This document shows positions 21,824-33,833 of a DNA stretch of 64,000 nucleotides, piece by piece. Position 1 is the stretch's first letter. Each line of letters begins with the position of its first letter. A model generated the notes under the pieces. The model did no database searches and was not told the DNA's origin. It saw only the letters and a program-made list of their open reading frames with translations. The position numbers and the translations under genes were made by a program. This stretch comes from Candidatus Bathyarchaeota archaeon (GTDB lineage Archaea > Thermoproteota > Bathyarchaeia > Bathyarchaeales > Bathycorpusculaceae). Location of the stretch: assembly GCA_963827165.1 (NCBI GenBank), contig CAWGZR010000003.1, positions 246,532 through 310,531 of the forward strand, written 5' to 3'.

Positions 21824-23191
21824 ATGAGAAATTTTAAAGATGCATCTTGGAAAGAAAGCGTAACCAAAGTTGTTCAGCAGATTCAAGAGCAAGACATCAA
21901 GTATGTCCGGCTTCAATTCACCGACATTAACGGCATGCTCAAGAACCTAGCCGTAAGCTCAAAAAACCTGGAAACGATTTTTGAAAACGGGCAATCCTTC
22001 GACGGCTCCTCCATCACGGGTTACCGGCCAATAGAAGAGTCAGACATGGTCCTCTACCCTGACCCCACAACTTTTGCCGTTGTACCATGGAGACCTAAAG
22101 AGAAATCCAGCGCCAGATTGATCTGCGACATTTACACTCCTCAAAACAAACGCTTTGACGGCGACCCACGCTTCGTACTGGAACGTGTCACGGACAAAGC
22201 AACGCATGCAGGCTTCACGTTTTTCTGTGCGCCTGAACTCGAGTTTTTCATCGTGAAAGAAAGCGAGGAGAAAGGAGTGTCGCCGACGCCGATTGACATG
22301 GCAGGCTATTTTGATTTTCACCCTGGCGACTTAACTGATGATTTACGCAGGGAAATAGCTGACACAGCGGAAGCGTTCGGCATAGAAATTGAAATTTCTC
22401 ACCATGAAGTAGCGTTGGGACAGAACGAGATTGATTTCAAGTATGACGAAGCATTAAAAACGGCTGACCGAACAATAACGATGAAGATGTGCGGCAAAGT
22501 CGTCGGCGCAAGGAACGGCTACGTCACAACCTATATGCCTAAACCATTCAGCGGCATAAATGGGTCAGGAATGCACACTCACCAAAGCCTCTGGAACAAA
22601 GAGGCAACACAAAACCTCTTCTATGCCAACGACGAAAAAAACGGATTCCTGTCAGACCTAGCGCGCAACTTCATCGGCGGACAGCTGGCCCACGGACGAA
22701 AAATGTGCGCGGTCCTTGATTCATGGCCAAACAGCTTCAAACGTCTGGTTCCAGGTTACGAAGCACCCGTCTACCTTGCTTGGGCACACAAAAACCGCTC
22801 GCCACTCATCCGCGTACCCAATTTCGGCGGACGCAAGAACGCTGCACGATGCGAAATCCGAAATCCAGACGGCGCAGGAAACCCATATCTCCAGTTTGCA
22901 GTGCTTCTAGCAACAGGTTTAGACGGCATCAAAAACAGAATTGACCCAGGCGATCCGGTGGAGCTCAATGTTTACCAGATGACATATGAGGAACGCAAGG
23001 AACGAAACATCGTTTCACTGCCCGAGTCACTACAAGAAGCCTTAGACGAGTTTGAGACCAGCGACCTGATGAAGGAAACACTCGGTGAAACTGCCTTTGA
23101 GAATTTTCTACGGGAAAAACGTCGGGAATGGGATCTCTACCGCACACAAGTAACCGACTGGGAAGTAAACCGCTACATCAAACGGCTCTAG
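21824..23191 (+). CDS. glnA: Glutamine synthetase type I
   Basis: FDGSSI, PELEFF, HHEVA, MPKP...NGSGMH, RLVPGYEAP, NRS..IR, EIR.PD. Confidence 0.92.
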   Translation: MRNFKDASWKESVTKVVQQIQEQDIKYVRLQFTDINGMLKNLAVSSKNLETIFENGQSFDGSSITGYRPIEESDMVLYPDPTTFAVVPWRPKEKSSARLICDIYTPQNKRFDGDPRFVLERVTDKATHAGFTFFCAPELEFFIVKESEEKGVSPTPIDMAGYFDFHPGDLTDDLRREIADTAEAFGIEIEISHHEVALGQNEIDFKYDEALKTADRTITMKMCGKVVGARNGYVTTYMPKPFSGINGSGMHTHQSLWNKEATQNLFYANDEKNGFLSDLARNFIGGQLAHGRKMCAVLDSWPNSFKRLVPGYEAPVYLAWAHKNRSPLIRVPNFGGRKNAARCEIRNPDGAGNPYLQFAVLLATGLDGIKNRIDPGDPVELNVYQMTYEERKERNIVSLPESLQEALDEFETSDLMKETLGETAFENFLREKRREWDLYRTQVTDWEVNRYIKRL

Positions 23192-24156
23192 ATCAAAAAA
23201 CTTCCCGCGTTTGCTCTATTTTCCTAAATTTTGTAAGCGAAAATTTCAAAGCACTTCTGATCTTTGCTGTTTAGAAAATTTTCGTTGACTAAGGGGGATT
23301 GTTCGTTGACGTGCTTTGTTTCATAGCCTATTCATACGTTTTATTGAATACCCTAAAAAGATCACAAAGAAGAAACAATAACCAATAGGGCAATTGTCAG
23401 AAGGAGAAAGTTGGGTAAAGCCTTAAAACTTTACTTCGTTGAGTACATTCCTGTGGTTTCTCATTCTGTGCTCTTGCAGTTGTTTCGGGTTAATGCATTC
23501 AGTTTTGCATATTGGGCACGGGTAGGTTATCGGAAGCATTAAATCATACTCCTCATTTTGAGCTTAGAAATCTACAATGGCTAATAAGGCTTACATGCGT
23601 AAGATATATAGACTCTAAAAAACAAAAATCCATCCTTCAAAAAAGTTTTCATCTATTTCTGAAGGACGCTTCGAAAACGAAAACGTTAATTATGGCACAC
23701 CCAGTTATCCAAAGTGAAATCGCGCAGACCATAAAGTCGAAAAAAGCTGGTACAAAACCAAAAATCAGGAATAGGAGAGCACAGAAAATTAAGGTTGTTC
23801 GATTTAAGTTCAAGTTTTTTGGCAGATTTGACCCAACTTTGAAAGCTTTTCAATAATTTGTTGGGAGATCAGCAGAAATAAGGCTTATGAATTGAAAATA
23901 TACTTACTATATAGAAAGAAGATTTCCTATTCAAAAATTAGAAGTCGAGAACTTTTATTATTCAAATAAATTCAGGTTGGATCTCTACAAAAATATTCCA
24001 GCTAAATCAACCAAGGTATGGACCGGCAAAGGTTAGAACTATGCTCAAAAGCAAAGTTTTTAGGGTTACTATCAGGTTAGCGCTTCTTTATCTATCGTTC
24101 CAAATGATTTTACAAGATTTCTTCAAACGGTCTAACAATTTTTCTCAGATGCCTGC

Positions 24157-27100
24157 TTAACATTTTTCGACATAAGAAACAGAGTTCTTTGGCATCGATA
24201 TTACGAATTTTGCCCCTTCGTTTTGTTTGCCCTCTTCAGTTATTGTCCATCCATAGATATCCATCATTTTCCTTATGAAGAATAGACCAAAGCCTGTGCT
24301 GCCACCTGTACTGAATCCCTCCGTAAAGAGCCTTCCTTTGTTCTCAGCCGAAATGCCAACGCCGTCATCCTCATAAATCAACCGTAGCCTATTCGATTCT
24401 GTGTCTTCAACACATATTTTTGCAGTAGTTGCTTTAACACTGTACTTTCTTGTATTATCTATGAAATTATAGAACATTTGCCTAAGGAACGAATCCGCAA
24501 ACACTTTGATTTCATGAACGTCGTTATAATCTTAAATTTTAAACCTTTGAAAAGAGATGTAGCCTCATCAACAGCTTTTCCCACTTCGATGTAAGTTAGC
24601 TTTTCAACGCCAAGTTTCTCGTACATTTTAGAGAACTCAAATATTTTCGTCGAATCCGTTACTGCCTGCTCAATTTTTTCCAAGCTCTCCAGAATATCCG
24701 GTTGATCCTTATGCTTTTTCTTAAGCAAATAAGCATAGCCGTTCACAGCTGACAACTTATTACAAACATCATGCCTAGTTAAGCTACCTACAACACGCAA
24801 CTTTTCATTCATAGCTTCAACACTCTTTTGTTCTCCTCTCAGTTTTTGCTCGGCTTTTTTGCGCTCAGTTATATCGCTAAACATTGAGATGTTGGCCAAA
24901 TGATTTCCAGCTTCGTCAATTAATGGTGAAGCATTACAGGCAGCCCATAAAACAGAACCGTCTTTACGACAGAACTCAAATTCACGATACTGAGTCCGAT
25001 TGTTATCCAAGTTATTTCTCATATGCAGAGTCTGTCTTTGCTGTTCTTCTTTTGACATTAGCTCAAAGCTTGATTTACTTAGAAGTTCGTCAATCGTGTA
25101 GCCAAACATTTGAGCCAGCCTATTGTTGACAAATATATGGGTACCTTCAGGTTTGGCGATGACTATACCTTCCGCTGAAGTTTCAACAAGTGTACGATAC
25201 AATCGCTCACTTTCAGCCAACGTTTCCTCAGCTTTCTTGCGCTCCGAAATATTTCTGACGACGTCTACAAATCCTACGGCTTGACCCTTTTCGTCGGTTA
25301 CGAGTGATGTTGATACTTCTATCTGAAATTCCGAGCGATCATTTCTTAATCCAGTAAATTCACCCAGATAGCTTTGACCGGTTTTCAAACATTCCAAAGA
25401 GCTTTGAATCACTCGCGGGTGGTCACGTTCAGCTATAAACTCAAGAACATGTTTTCCAACTATGTCTTTTACGTTGGCATAGCCAGACATTTCTAAGAGT
25501 GCGTCATTGACATAAGTAATATTGCCACTTGGGTCACCTATAACAATGCCATCATTTGTTTTTTGGATTGCAAGAGAATACATCTTCAATTCTTTTTCAG
25601 CTTTCTTGCGTTCAGAAATGTCTCTTGCAATTGCTAAATGTGCCGCCTTTCCATGATAGGTGATAAGGCTTGTGCTGATCTCGACTGAGATTTTTTCTTT
25701 ATCTTTGGTTGTGTGTTCTGTTTCAAAAATTTGTGTCCTAGCAGAAGACTCATTATCCATAAGATTCTTGACCTGTTGTAGGCTCAGAAAATTATCAATG
25801 TCCTTAATTCCTAAAGATAGCACTTCTTCTTTGGAATAGCCTAAAGATTTGACAGCGGCATCGTTTACGTCGACAAAGTTTCCTTTAAAATCAATAACCC
25901 AAACTGATTCGCCCATGCCGTTGATCAAGTTTTTGTAATTCGCCTCGCTCTCAATTAAGGCGGCTTCAGCGCTTTTCCTTTCAGTAATATCTTCGCAGAA
26001 AGCAAATAATCTTCCATCAGGTAATCTGCGGGAAAATAAACTTACATAAATTATTGTGCCGTCTTTTTTTCTAAGTTTCATATCTTCCGAAAAATGGCCG
26101 TTTTTCTTGAGTTCATTAAATCTAATACTATGCGTGTTATCTTTGGGAACAATTTGATTGACGGTCATGCTTAACAATTCTTCTTTTGAGTAACCGAGCA
26201 TTTTTACGGCGGCGTCATTCACGTAAAGATATTTGCCGTCAGGATCGGCAGTGAAAACCGAGATTGGACAACCCTCCAAATAAGCTTCAAAAGTGGCCTT
26301 CGAAAGTGCCAGAGCTTCCTCAGCTTTTTTTCTTTCAGAAATATCTCTTATTATTGTGCTATGGCTTAAAGTACCATCTGAATCTATAAACGTTCCAAAA
26401 GAGGTTTCAGCAACGAAGGTTGATCCATCTTTACGTTTATAATTGACTTCGACCAATGCGCGACCTATTTTTTCTCGGTCTATCAAGGCCGAAGCAAGCT
26501 TCTCGTCCATAATAGCAATTCCATCGCGTCTAGTCTGCTTTATTTCAGTTTCATTCATTCCAAACATTCTGCAAGTAGCGGGGTTTGCTGAAAGAATAGT
26601 GCCGTCGGGCTTAGTCAACAAAACAGCATCAAAACTGTTCTCATAAAAAGAACGAAAACGAAACTCACTGCTCTTAATCAACTCTTCAGCTTTCTTGCAA
26701 TCGGTAATATCTCTAATTATAAGTAAAATAGCGTAAGGCTGATGTTTTGAATTGTAGATTACAGTGGATTTGGCAGAGCGGCATCTCCATGACTCGTCAC
26801 GATGTTTAACGCGATACTCAGAAGATCCACTTCCAGTTTTCAAAAGCTCGCGCAGTTTCTCTTTGAGAATTGGGACATCGTCAGGGTGAACTCTGGCAAA
26901 CCCGTCTATGCCTAATAGTTCGCTTTCCTCAAAGCCCAAGCTTTTGTAATATGCAGGGTTCCTGTAAATCTGCTTTCCTGTTAGATCAGTAAGCATGATA
27001 GCGTCTTCCGCGTTTTCAACCAACGCACGATATTTAGCCACAGAGTCCGCAAGATCCGCCTCCGCCTTTTTACGTTCTGTAATATCCGTGATTGATCCTT

Positions 27101-27860
27101 CGATGTTTCCTTGTTCGGGGTAAAGTTTTGCGGAAGTTAGACATGTCCTAACCCCTTGTTGTTTGTTCAGCATTTTGCATTCAAAATCTTTAACATACCC
27201 TTTGGCCAGAAGGAGGCTCACCAATTCCTGACGCTGATGCGGGTCAGCCCAAAAATTGACAGGCGGTTTTCCTTTCAGCTCTTCAGGGGTAAGACCAAGA
27301 ATGCTTAGGTATTTCTCGTTGAAGTCAAGAAATTCAGACCCATCCAACCTTATCCTGAACATTCCAACTTCAGAATTGTTGAAAAATATTTGATATTTCA
27401 ACTCTCGCTCAATTAACTCTTGTTTGGCTTTCCAGTGTTCCACGCCCAGTTTTATGCCGTGTGCAAGTTCGCCATAGACGGTCTCGGGATTACCCTGCTT
27501 ATTGAAATATCCGGTGGCACCAAGGTTTAGAGCTTTTATCGCTACTTCTTCTCTGCCTTTGCCAGTAAACAGTACAAAAGGAATTTCGTTTTTAGCTTCA
27601 CGTAGCTCTCTCAAGAACTGTAAGCCATCTTTCTGGGGCATCTCATAATCAGAAACAACAATATCATATTTGCCAGCTGACAATTTCTTGAAGGCTTCAT
27701 CCACGCAAAATGCTTGGTCAATTTCAAAACTGGTGTCCATGTCAAGCAGAATCTGCTTTGAAATCTCCAAGATTGAAGCGTCATCGTCAACGTGCAAAAT
27801 GCTGATTAGATTTTTGAGGTTGCCAAATCCGTTTGAAGCCCCGCTTGAAGACTCAGACAA
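24157..27860 (-). CDS. Hybrid sensor kinase (REC + seven PAS + HisKA + HATPase); frameshift near 24522
   Basis: LHVDDD...DYEMP receiver, seven PAS/PAC units (DITERKKAE-type), RHDVCN H-box; the ATPase (NFIDN, DDGVG, GFGL) lies in ORF 24157-24504. Confidence 0.88.
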
Positions 27861-28241
27861 ATCTCTTACCAGCCTCTAAACAAAGGTTTTATGAATGTTA
27901 ATATGATTTGTGCGCAGCCCACTAACACACACAAGATTTTCCTATTCCCAACAATAACCCATAGATTTCTTGCCTGAAGCTCATTTTACGTTTAGCTCGA
28001 AATAGAAGCTAATTCAACTTGAATTTTTCCTTAATGTTCTTCACAATTTTTGGTTGGAGGTTCTTCATTTTCCAGAGTATTGTCAGAATCTACGTGCTTA
28101 TCATCGCTCTTAAACAGAATAAGAAAACTAAAAAACTCTAACAACAGACGAAGCATGAATTATGAATTTTTATGGATTAGAAGCGTTAGCGGTAAAAAGA
28201 GAGCAAAAAAGAAAGAAAAAATATTGTTGATATTTCCCGAC

Positions 28242-29711
28242 TTAGTAGTCGAGGTACTTCATTATTTCCCAAGGTGATACGTACAGGCAGTACTGGTTCC
28301 AATCGTTTGTTTTGAGCTCTATGAATGCTTCGAAAACGTGGTCTCCTAGAGCTTCTTTGATGACTGTGTCGCTTTCCATTTCGTCCAGTGCGTCTTTAAG
28401 TGTAGTTGGTAGTTCTTTTATGCCGAGTTCTTTGCGTTTCGATTTAGTCAGTTTGTAAACGTCTTCGTCAACTGGGTCGCCTGGCTCAATCTTTTTCTGT
28501 ATACCGTCTAAGCCTGCCATCATTATGCAGCTGAAAGCCAGGTACGGGTTGCATGACGGGTCGACACCTCGGTATTCAACGCGTTTTTGGGCTGAATGCG
28601 ATGGCCCTTTGTAGTACATGGGTATTCGGGCGAGCGCGGATCTGTTGGCTTTTGACCACATGACGTATATTGGCGCTTCGAAGCCTGGAACGAGGCGTTT
28701 GTAGCTGCTTACGGTTGGACAGCAAACTGCGGTTAATGCTTTGGCGTGGGCAAGTATGCCTCCTACGTAGTATCTGCCTGTTTGGCTGAGTTCGCAGTAC
28801 TCGTCTTTTGCATCATACATGGCGTTTTTGCCGTCTTTCCAAAGGCTCGAGTGAACGTGCATACCGCTTGCATTGTCTAGGTAAATTGGCTTTGGCATGA
28901 AGGTGGCAATTAAGCCTCGTTTCTTCGCGATGTTTTTGGCGACAAATTTGAAGAAGAGCGCGCGGTCAGCTGTTTCGAGTAGTTCGCCATATTTGTAGTC
29001 GATTTCCACCTGGCCGACAGTTGCGACTTCATGGTGATGTTTCTCAATTGTTAAGCCAAAGTTGTCTTCCAATACTTGTGAAACTTCGTTTCGGTACTCA
29101 ACGGTTGTGTCTTCTGGTGGTGTTCGGTAGTACGCTTCTTTGGGTCTGAGGATGAAGCCGCCGGGTGTTACTTCTGGAGAGTTTGGCACAACTCTTGGTG
29201 CACCCCATGCGTCTCCTTCGCCGCTCTTTGGAGCAGCCCAAAGGTCCCAGGTTAGTTTGGTAGGGTCGATTGAGGTGAATACGAAGTGTTCAAGTTCGGG
29301 AGCGAAAATTCCAGTGTACCCCATGTCCTTAGCTGCTTTTATTGCCCTTTTTGCAACATGGCCTCTTGGGCAAGTAACGGAAGGCTCTTTTGCTCCTGAA
29401 GCTTCCAATGCATCGCCGAGCACGATTGCACTTTTCATCGTTTCATCGGTAACCCAGGGCATTATCGATAAGGTTTTGGCGTCTGGCATGAAGATCATGT
29501 CGGATTCTTCGATTGATTTGAAGCCGCGTACGGAAGATCCATCGAAGCCAATGCCGTCGGTGAATGCTGAGCCGCTTATGTATTCTCTGGCGGGTAGAAC
29601 CATGTCTTGGAGTATTCCTCTTACATCGACGAATGCGGAGTGCACCCATCGGATGTTGTTTGATTTGAGGGTTTCAATAGCTTTCTTTACTTCACTCATG
29701 ACTTTCACCAT
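28242..29711 (-). CDS. glnA: Glutamine synthetase type I, second paralog
   Basis: FDGSSV, PELEHF, HHEVA, MPKP...NASGMH, RLVPGFEAP, EYRGVDP. Confidence 0.92.
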   Translation of the reverse strand: MVKVMSEVKKAIETLKSNNIRWVHSAFVDVRGILQDMVLPAREYISGSAFTDGIGFDGSSVRGFKSIEESDMIFMPDAKTLSIMPWVTDETMKSAIVLGDALEASGAKEPSVTCPRGHVAKRAIKAAKDMGYTGIFAPELEHFVFTSIDPTKLTWDLWAAPKSGEGDAWGAPRVVPNSPEVTPGGFILRPKEAYYRTPPEDTTVEYRNEVSQVLEDNFGLTIEKHHHEVATVGQVEIDYKYGELLETADRALFFKFVAKNIAKKRGLIATFMPKPIYLDNASGMHVHSSLWKDGKNAMYDAKDEYCELSQTGRYYVGGILAHAKALTAVCCPTVSSYKRLVPGFEAPIYVMWSKANRSALARIPMYYKGPSHSAQKRVEYRGVDPSCNPYLAFSCIMMAGLDGIQKKIEPGDPVDEDVYKLTKSKRKELGIKELPTTLKDALDEMESDTVIKEALGDHVFEAFIELKTNDWNQYCLYVSPWEIMKYLDY

Positions 29712-29879
29712 ACTAAATCATATGTTTTAGATTCCCTTTGAAACATAAACATATATAAGCTTATCTCTTGAAAGTTTGAATAAACGTTCACCATGGGAAA
29801 AATAAAATGAGAGCGTATGGACTTTCATAACACTTATGGCAGGTCATAAGAACGTTTAACGAAAAACCTCACTTTTTGC

Positions 29880-30338
29880 TTACTTTTCTCTTCTCAGGAA
29901 GTCTCCGACGTCCAACACGTTTTTGATCGCAACGCTCTCCGCAGTCCCGCCTAAATCACCCGTTACTCTTCCGAATCCAAGGCACTCGCCGAACTCGTTG
30001 AGCACCAAAGTCGCGTCGCCTTTATGTTTGGAACCCATCACCTTCACGATGCCTGAACCGAAGATGTCTCTTCCACAGATGTATAGCCAAGCAGCCTTGC
30101 GGTCAACAACAACCTTGTTTGCAGCTACGGGCAAAAGCATGTCGAGAAGGTTGAAGCTCGGGAAGAAAACGCCGTTCTTAACCTTGCCCAAATATAAGCC
30201 GGCATAGTAAAAGTTGCCTTGGATCTTTTTGAGACGTGGGCTCAGCATGTAGAAGCGTTGATTCTTCTCAACAGTGAATTCTGAATTAAACTGGATTTTG
30301 GCGCCGAAAAGCGATGCAAAAACTTCTAGTTGCTTCAT
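29880..30338 (-). CDS. NIP7-like PUA-domain ribosome biogenesis protein
   Basis: YAGLYLG, LYICGRDIF, DVGDFLRRE; overlaps the Nop2-like gene. Confidence 0.75.
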   Translation of the reverse strand: MKQLEVFASLFGAKIQFNSEFTVEKNQRFYMLSPRLKKIQGNFYYAGLYLGKVKNGVFFPSFNLLDMLLPVAANKVVVDRKAAWLYICGRDIFGSGIVKVMGSKHKGDATLVLNEFGECLGFGRVTGDLGGTAESVAIKNVLDVGDFLRREK

Positions 30339-31222
30339 TGTTTACGCTCCTTTTTGAGTTTACACACAAAGAAGCCCTGTGTTTCTCCCGGCCAAATCCT
30401 TTTGCTTAGAGCCACTGTTGGATCAAGTTTCATACCAAACACATTTGTCAATCCGCTTTCGCCCACACAATCAACCTGCAGCGTATGAAGGTCCAAGTTT
30501 TTGATTGCCCAATCTATATTTAACTCGTCTTCTTCAGGCTCTAAAGAGCAGGTGGAATAAACAATTTCTCCGCCTCCAGACAAGCACGCCGCCGATTCCT
30601 TTAAAATTGCCTTCTGCACGAGCGCGTTCCGTTCAACGTCATCAAAGGTTCTCCTGTAAAACCAATGGGTATCACCAGCAAAATTGCCCGAACAGGGAAC
30701 GTCGAGCAGTATGCGGTCGAATTTTCGATTAAGCATACCGGACTGACGTGCATCAACGTTGTAAACAATAATATTGCTGACGTGGCAACGTTCAAGATGG
30801 TTAGCCATCGCGCTCAGCCGCTGCTTGCTAATGTCCAACGCTGTGATGATGCCGCTATTTCCCATGAGATCTGAGAGCTGAACCGTTTTCCCGCCGGGAG
30901 CTGCACAAGCGTCAAGCACCGTTTTTCCTCCTAAGGCAGCGAAAAGTGACGCGGGGATTTGAGCGGCAGCTTCCTGAATTGAGTACATGCCGAGCAGATA
31001 CTCTGCTGTAGCGCCGACGGAAACTTTGGTTTTGTTGACCCAGTATCCCGAAGCCAAGAAGGGGATTTTCTCAAGTTCGACGCCAAGACCGCGGAGCCTC
31101 TCGGGAAGTTTTTTTCCTTTAGCGTTGAGTTGGTTTATCCGTATCGATTGCTTAAGCTCGGGTTCCTGATATGTCCAGCCAAGTCGTGCGTAGCGATCAA
31201 GGAAAAACTGTTTTGTTGACAT
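30335..31222 (-). CDS. RsmB/NOP2-family RNA m5C methyltransferase
   Basis: LDACAAPGGKT, LLDVPCSG, YSTCSL..EE.E; likely start at MSTKQ. Confidence 0.9.
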   Translation of the reverse strand: MSTKQFFLDRYARLGWTYQEPELKQSIRINQLNAKGKKLPERLRGLGVELEKIPFLASGYWVNKTKVSVGATAEYLLGMYSIQEAAAQIPASLFAALGGKTVLDACAAPGGKTVQLSDLMGNSGIITALDISKQRLSAMANHLERCHVSNIIVYNVDARQSGMLNRKFDRILLDVPCSGNFAGDTHWFYRRTFDDVERNALVQKAILKESAACLSGGGEIVYSTCSLEPEEDELNIDWAIKNLDLHTLQVDCVGESGLTNVFGMKLDPTVALSKRIWPGETQGFFVCKLKKERKQ

Positions 31223-31405
31223 CGACCTTACATTGCAGGGCAGTGAATAAAAACTTTGCAGCAGCACCTGGCCGGCGCGTTCCAGCATGGTGCGCAAATG
31301 TAAACGAAAAACGTGTCCACGCACATTTTTTTTGATTAGTCTGAGTATGGTTTATAATCCAACTTTCAAGATTCACAAAACTTATAGTTAGTTCAAGGCT
31401 CAATT

Positions 31406-33457
31406 TTGCTTATGCACAGAGAAAAAACTCGCCAAGAACTGAAAGCTAATTCAACTCAGAGGACTTCTCCAGCATTTATTGGCGCGTCAACCTTTGATAA
31501 GAGTAATTCTCTGCGTATCTCACACAACGAATTATTGAAATCCAAGAAAACACAAAGCAAGCTCGACGAATCGGATTCAAAATATCGTATACTTGTTGAA
31601 AAATCACTCCAAGGAATAATGATTGCTAAGTATAATCCGCTTCGTTTGGTTTTTGCCAATGAATCAATGGGGAAAATGGTGGGCTATTCACCTGAAGAGC
31701 TGATTGCTCTCTCATCCTCGGAAATAGCTGCATTAATCTTTCAAGAAGATCGAAAAGTTTTCTTTGATCGTTTTGTATGTCGGCTAGAGGGAAAACAGGG
31801 CGACAGCAACCACGAATTTAGAGCAGTTAGAAAGGACGGCTCAATAATCTGGATGGAATCTTTTTCCACTCTCATCGAGTACGACGGGCAGCCTGCTTTG
31901 CAAGCCATGTTTTTGGACATAAACGAGCGCAAAAAGGCTGAGGATAGAGTTAGAAAAAGTGAGATGCGGTTTCGAGAACTTGCAAACTTTTTGCCAGAGA
32001 TTGTTTTTGAATCTGACCTATCTGGAAAGATCACCTTCTTCAATCAGCGAGCATTTGAAATAACAGGCTACATGCGAGAAGAGCTTGAGAAAGGCCTGAA
32101 TATCATGCAGTTTGTAGTTTCAGAGCAGCGAGAAAAAGCTAAAGAAAACATAGAGAAGTCGATAGCTGGAATCAACAATACATCCGAATATACGCTCTTA
32201 AAAAAGAATGGCACGACTTTTGCGGCGCTTGTTAGAACTGCGTCTATTATTTCTGAAGGCGAAGTTAAAGGGCTCAGGGGGATAGTGATGGATATATCTG
32301 AGCGCAGGAAAGACGAGGAGCGAGTCAGGCTTTCAGAAGAAAAGTATAGAAACCTATTTGAAAATGCGTCAGACGTCATCGTCACTTTTGATCTATCTGG
32401 GAAAATAACGTCTGCAAATAAGGCCATCATGCAATATGGGTTTAAGGAAAATGAAGCGATAGGAAACAGCATTTTCACGCTTGTGCCAAAAGAATACAGC
32501 GAAACGATGATCTCGGGACTAAAGAACATCGCCGCAGGCAACGTAGCTCATAATGAAATCGAAATATTAACCCCCATTGGGAAAAAAAGTATTGAATATA
32601 ATAGTAGCCCCACATGGCTAAACGGCAAAGTTATTGGTTATCAAACAATAATTAGAGACGTCACTGAACGCAAGCAAATGGAAAAGAAGCTAGAAGCCTA
32701 CTCGAAACATTTAGAAGAACTAATTGAGACACGAACTAAAGAGTTAAGAGAAACCCAGCAGCAACTTGTTAAATCTGAAAGATTAGCGGCGATCGGCGAG
32801 TTAGCTGGCTTGGTTGGGCATGATTTACGGAATCCCTTAGCGAGCATCAAGAATGCCACTTATTACTTGAAAAAGAAGGGAATTGCGATCCCTGAAGCTC
32901 AAGAAAAAGAAATGTTAGGCATCATCGAAAAATCGATTGATCACTCAGACAAAATCATTAACGAATTGTTGGAGTACGCAAGTGAATTAAGGTTAGAACT
33001 TGGCGAAGCTTCAACCCGAAGCCTGCTAATCACGGCTCTAAAAACCATACAAGTTCCAGATAAAATACATATTGTTGACAATACATGCGACAAGCCTACT
33101 TTTAGCGTTGATTTGAAAAAAATCGAACACGTTTTCATTAACATCATCAATAATTCGTTGGATGCGATGCCGAACGGGGGCACCCTTGAAATTCGAAGCA
33201 GCCAAACAGGAGCTAATGTCGAAATATGTTTTAGCGATACCGGAACCGGAATTCCAGAAGAAGTTCTGCCAAAAATATTTTTGCCCTTATTCACAACTAA
33301 AGCGCAGGGAATGGGTTTTGGTTTGGCGATTTGCAAAAGAGTGGTCACGGCCCATGGCGGTAAAATACTTGTGGAAACCATTATGGGCAAAGGCACGACT
33401 TTCACCGTTATTCTACCAGTCGAACCTAAAATAGAAAGCGCCACGGAAAAATTCTAG
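31406..33457 (+). CDS. PAS (x3) sensor histidine kinase
   Basis: Three PAS units, GHDLRNPL H-box, NSLDA, DTGTG, FTTK..G.GFGL. Confidence 0.9.
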   Translation: MLMHREKTRQELKANSTQRTSPAFIGASTFDKSNSLRISHNELLKSKKTQSKLDESDSKYRILVEKSLQGIMIAKYNPLRLVFANESMGKMVGYSPEELIALSSSEIAALIFQEDRKVFFDRFVCRLEGKQGDSNHEFRAVRKDGSIIWMESFSTLIEYDGQPALQAMFLDINERKKAEDRVRKSEMRFRELANFLPEIVFESDLSGKITFFNQRAFEITGYMREELEKGLNIMQFVVSEQREKAKENIEKSIAGINNTSEYTLLKKNGTTFAALVRTASIISEGEVKGLRGIVMDISERRKDEERVRLSEEKYRNLFENASDVIVTFDLSGKITSANKAIMQYGFKENEAIGNSIFTLVPKEYSETMISGLKNIAAGNVAHNEIEILTPIGKKSIEYNSSPTWLNGKVIGYQTIIRDVTERKQMEKKLEAYSKHLEELIETRTKELRETQQQLVKSERLAAIGELAGLVGHDLRNPLASIKNATYYLKKKGIAIPEAQEKEMLGIIEKSIDHSDKIINELLEYASELRLELGEASTRSLLITALKTIQVPDKIHIVDNTCDKPTFSVDLKKIEHVFINIINNSLDAMPNGGTLEIRSSQTGANVEICFSDTGTGIPEEVLPKIFLPLFTTKAQGMGFGLAICKRVVTAHGGKILVETIMGKGTTFTVILPVEPKIESATEKF

Positions 33458-33833
33458 ACAAATTATTGCATCTATTCAGATTAACGCTGAAACAAATCTT
33501 TGAAAGCATCAAAACAGTGCAAAAGCCCAAACTTCACAAATTGCGGATGGAAAAGGACTTGAACTCTCGACCCTCAACAAAAAGGAGACTGTACAAAAAA
33601 TGCAGTTATCTCGTCCTAACTAAGAATGCAAAGCCACCAACGTCTCCCCATGTGCTATATGCCGGATTCCAGCAATAGCACGCAAAATCTAGCTATGCGA
33701 TAGCAAAGTCCTTTATATAAGGTTCAAGTACAGGGTAGTAGAATGCGAGAATCGCATCATCACTTTTCTAACCTTTAAAGTGGCATTTAAGTGATTTAGT
33801 GACGATTCTGGGCAAATAAATGGAGATAAGAAT

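Noticed and set aside
23512-23856. 114-aa ORF in AT-rich intergenic DNA
   Set aside because: No recognisable motif, TTG start, composition like non-coding DNA
33542-33625. Degenerate tRNA-like sequence on the minus strand (GGTCGAGAGTTCAAGTCC...)
   Set aside because: T stem and acceptor stem do not pair; cannot be folded into a cloverleaf
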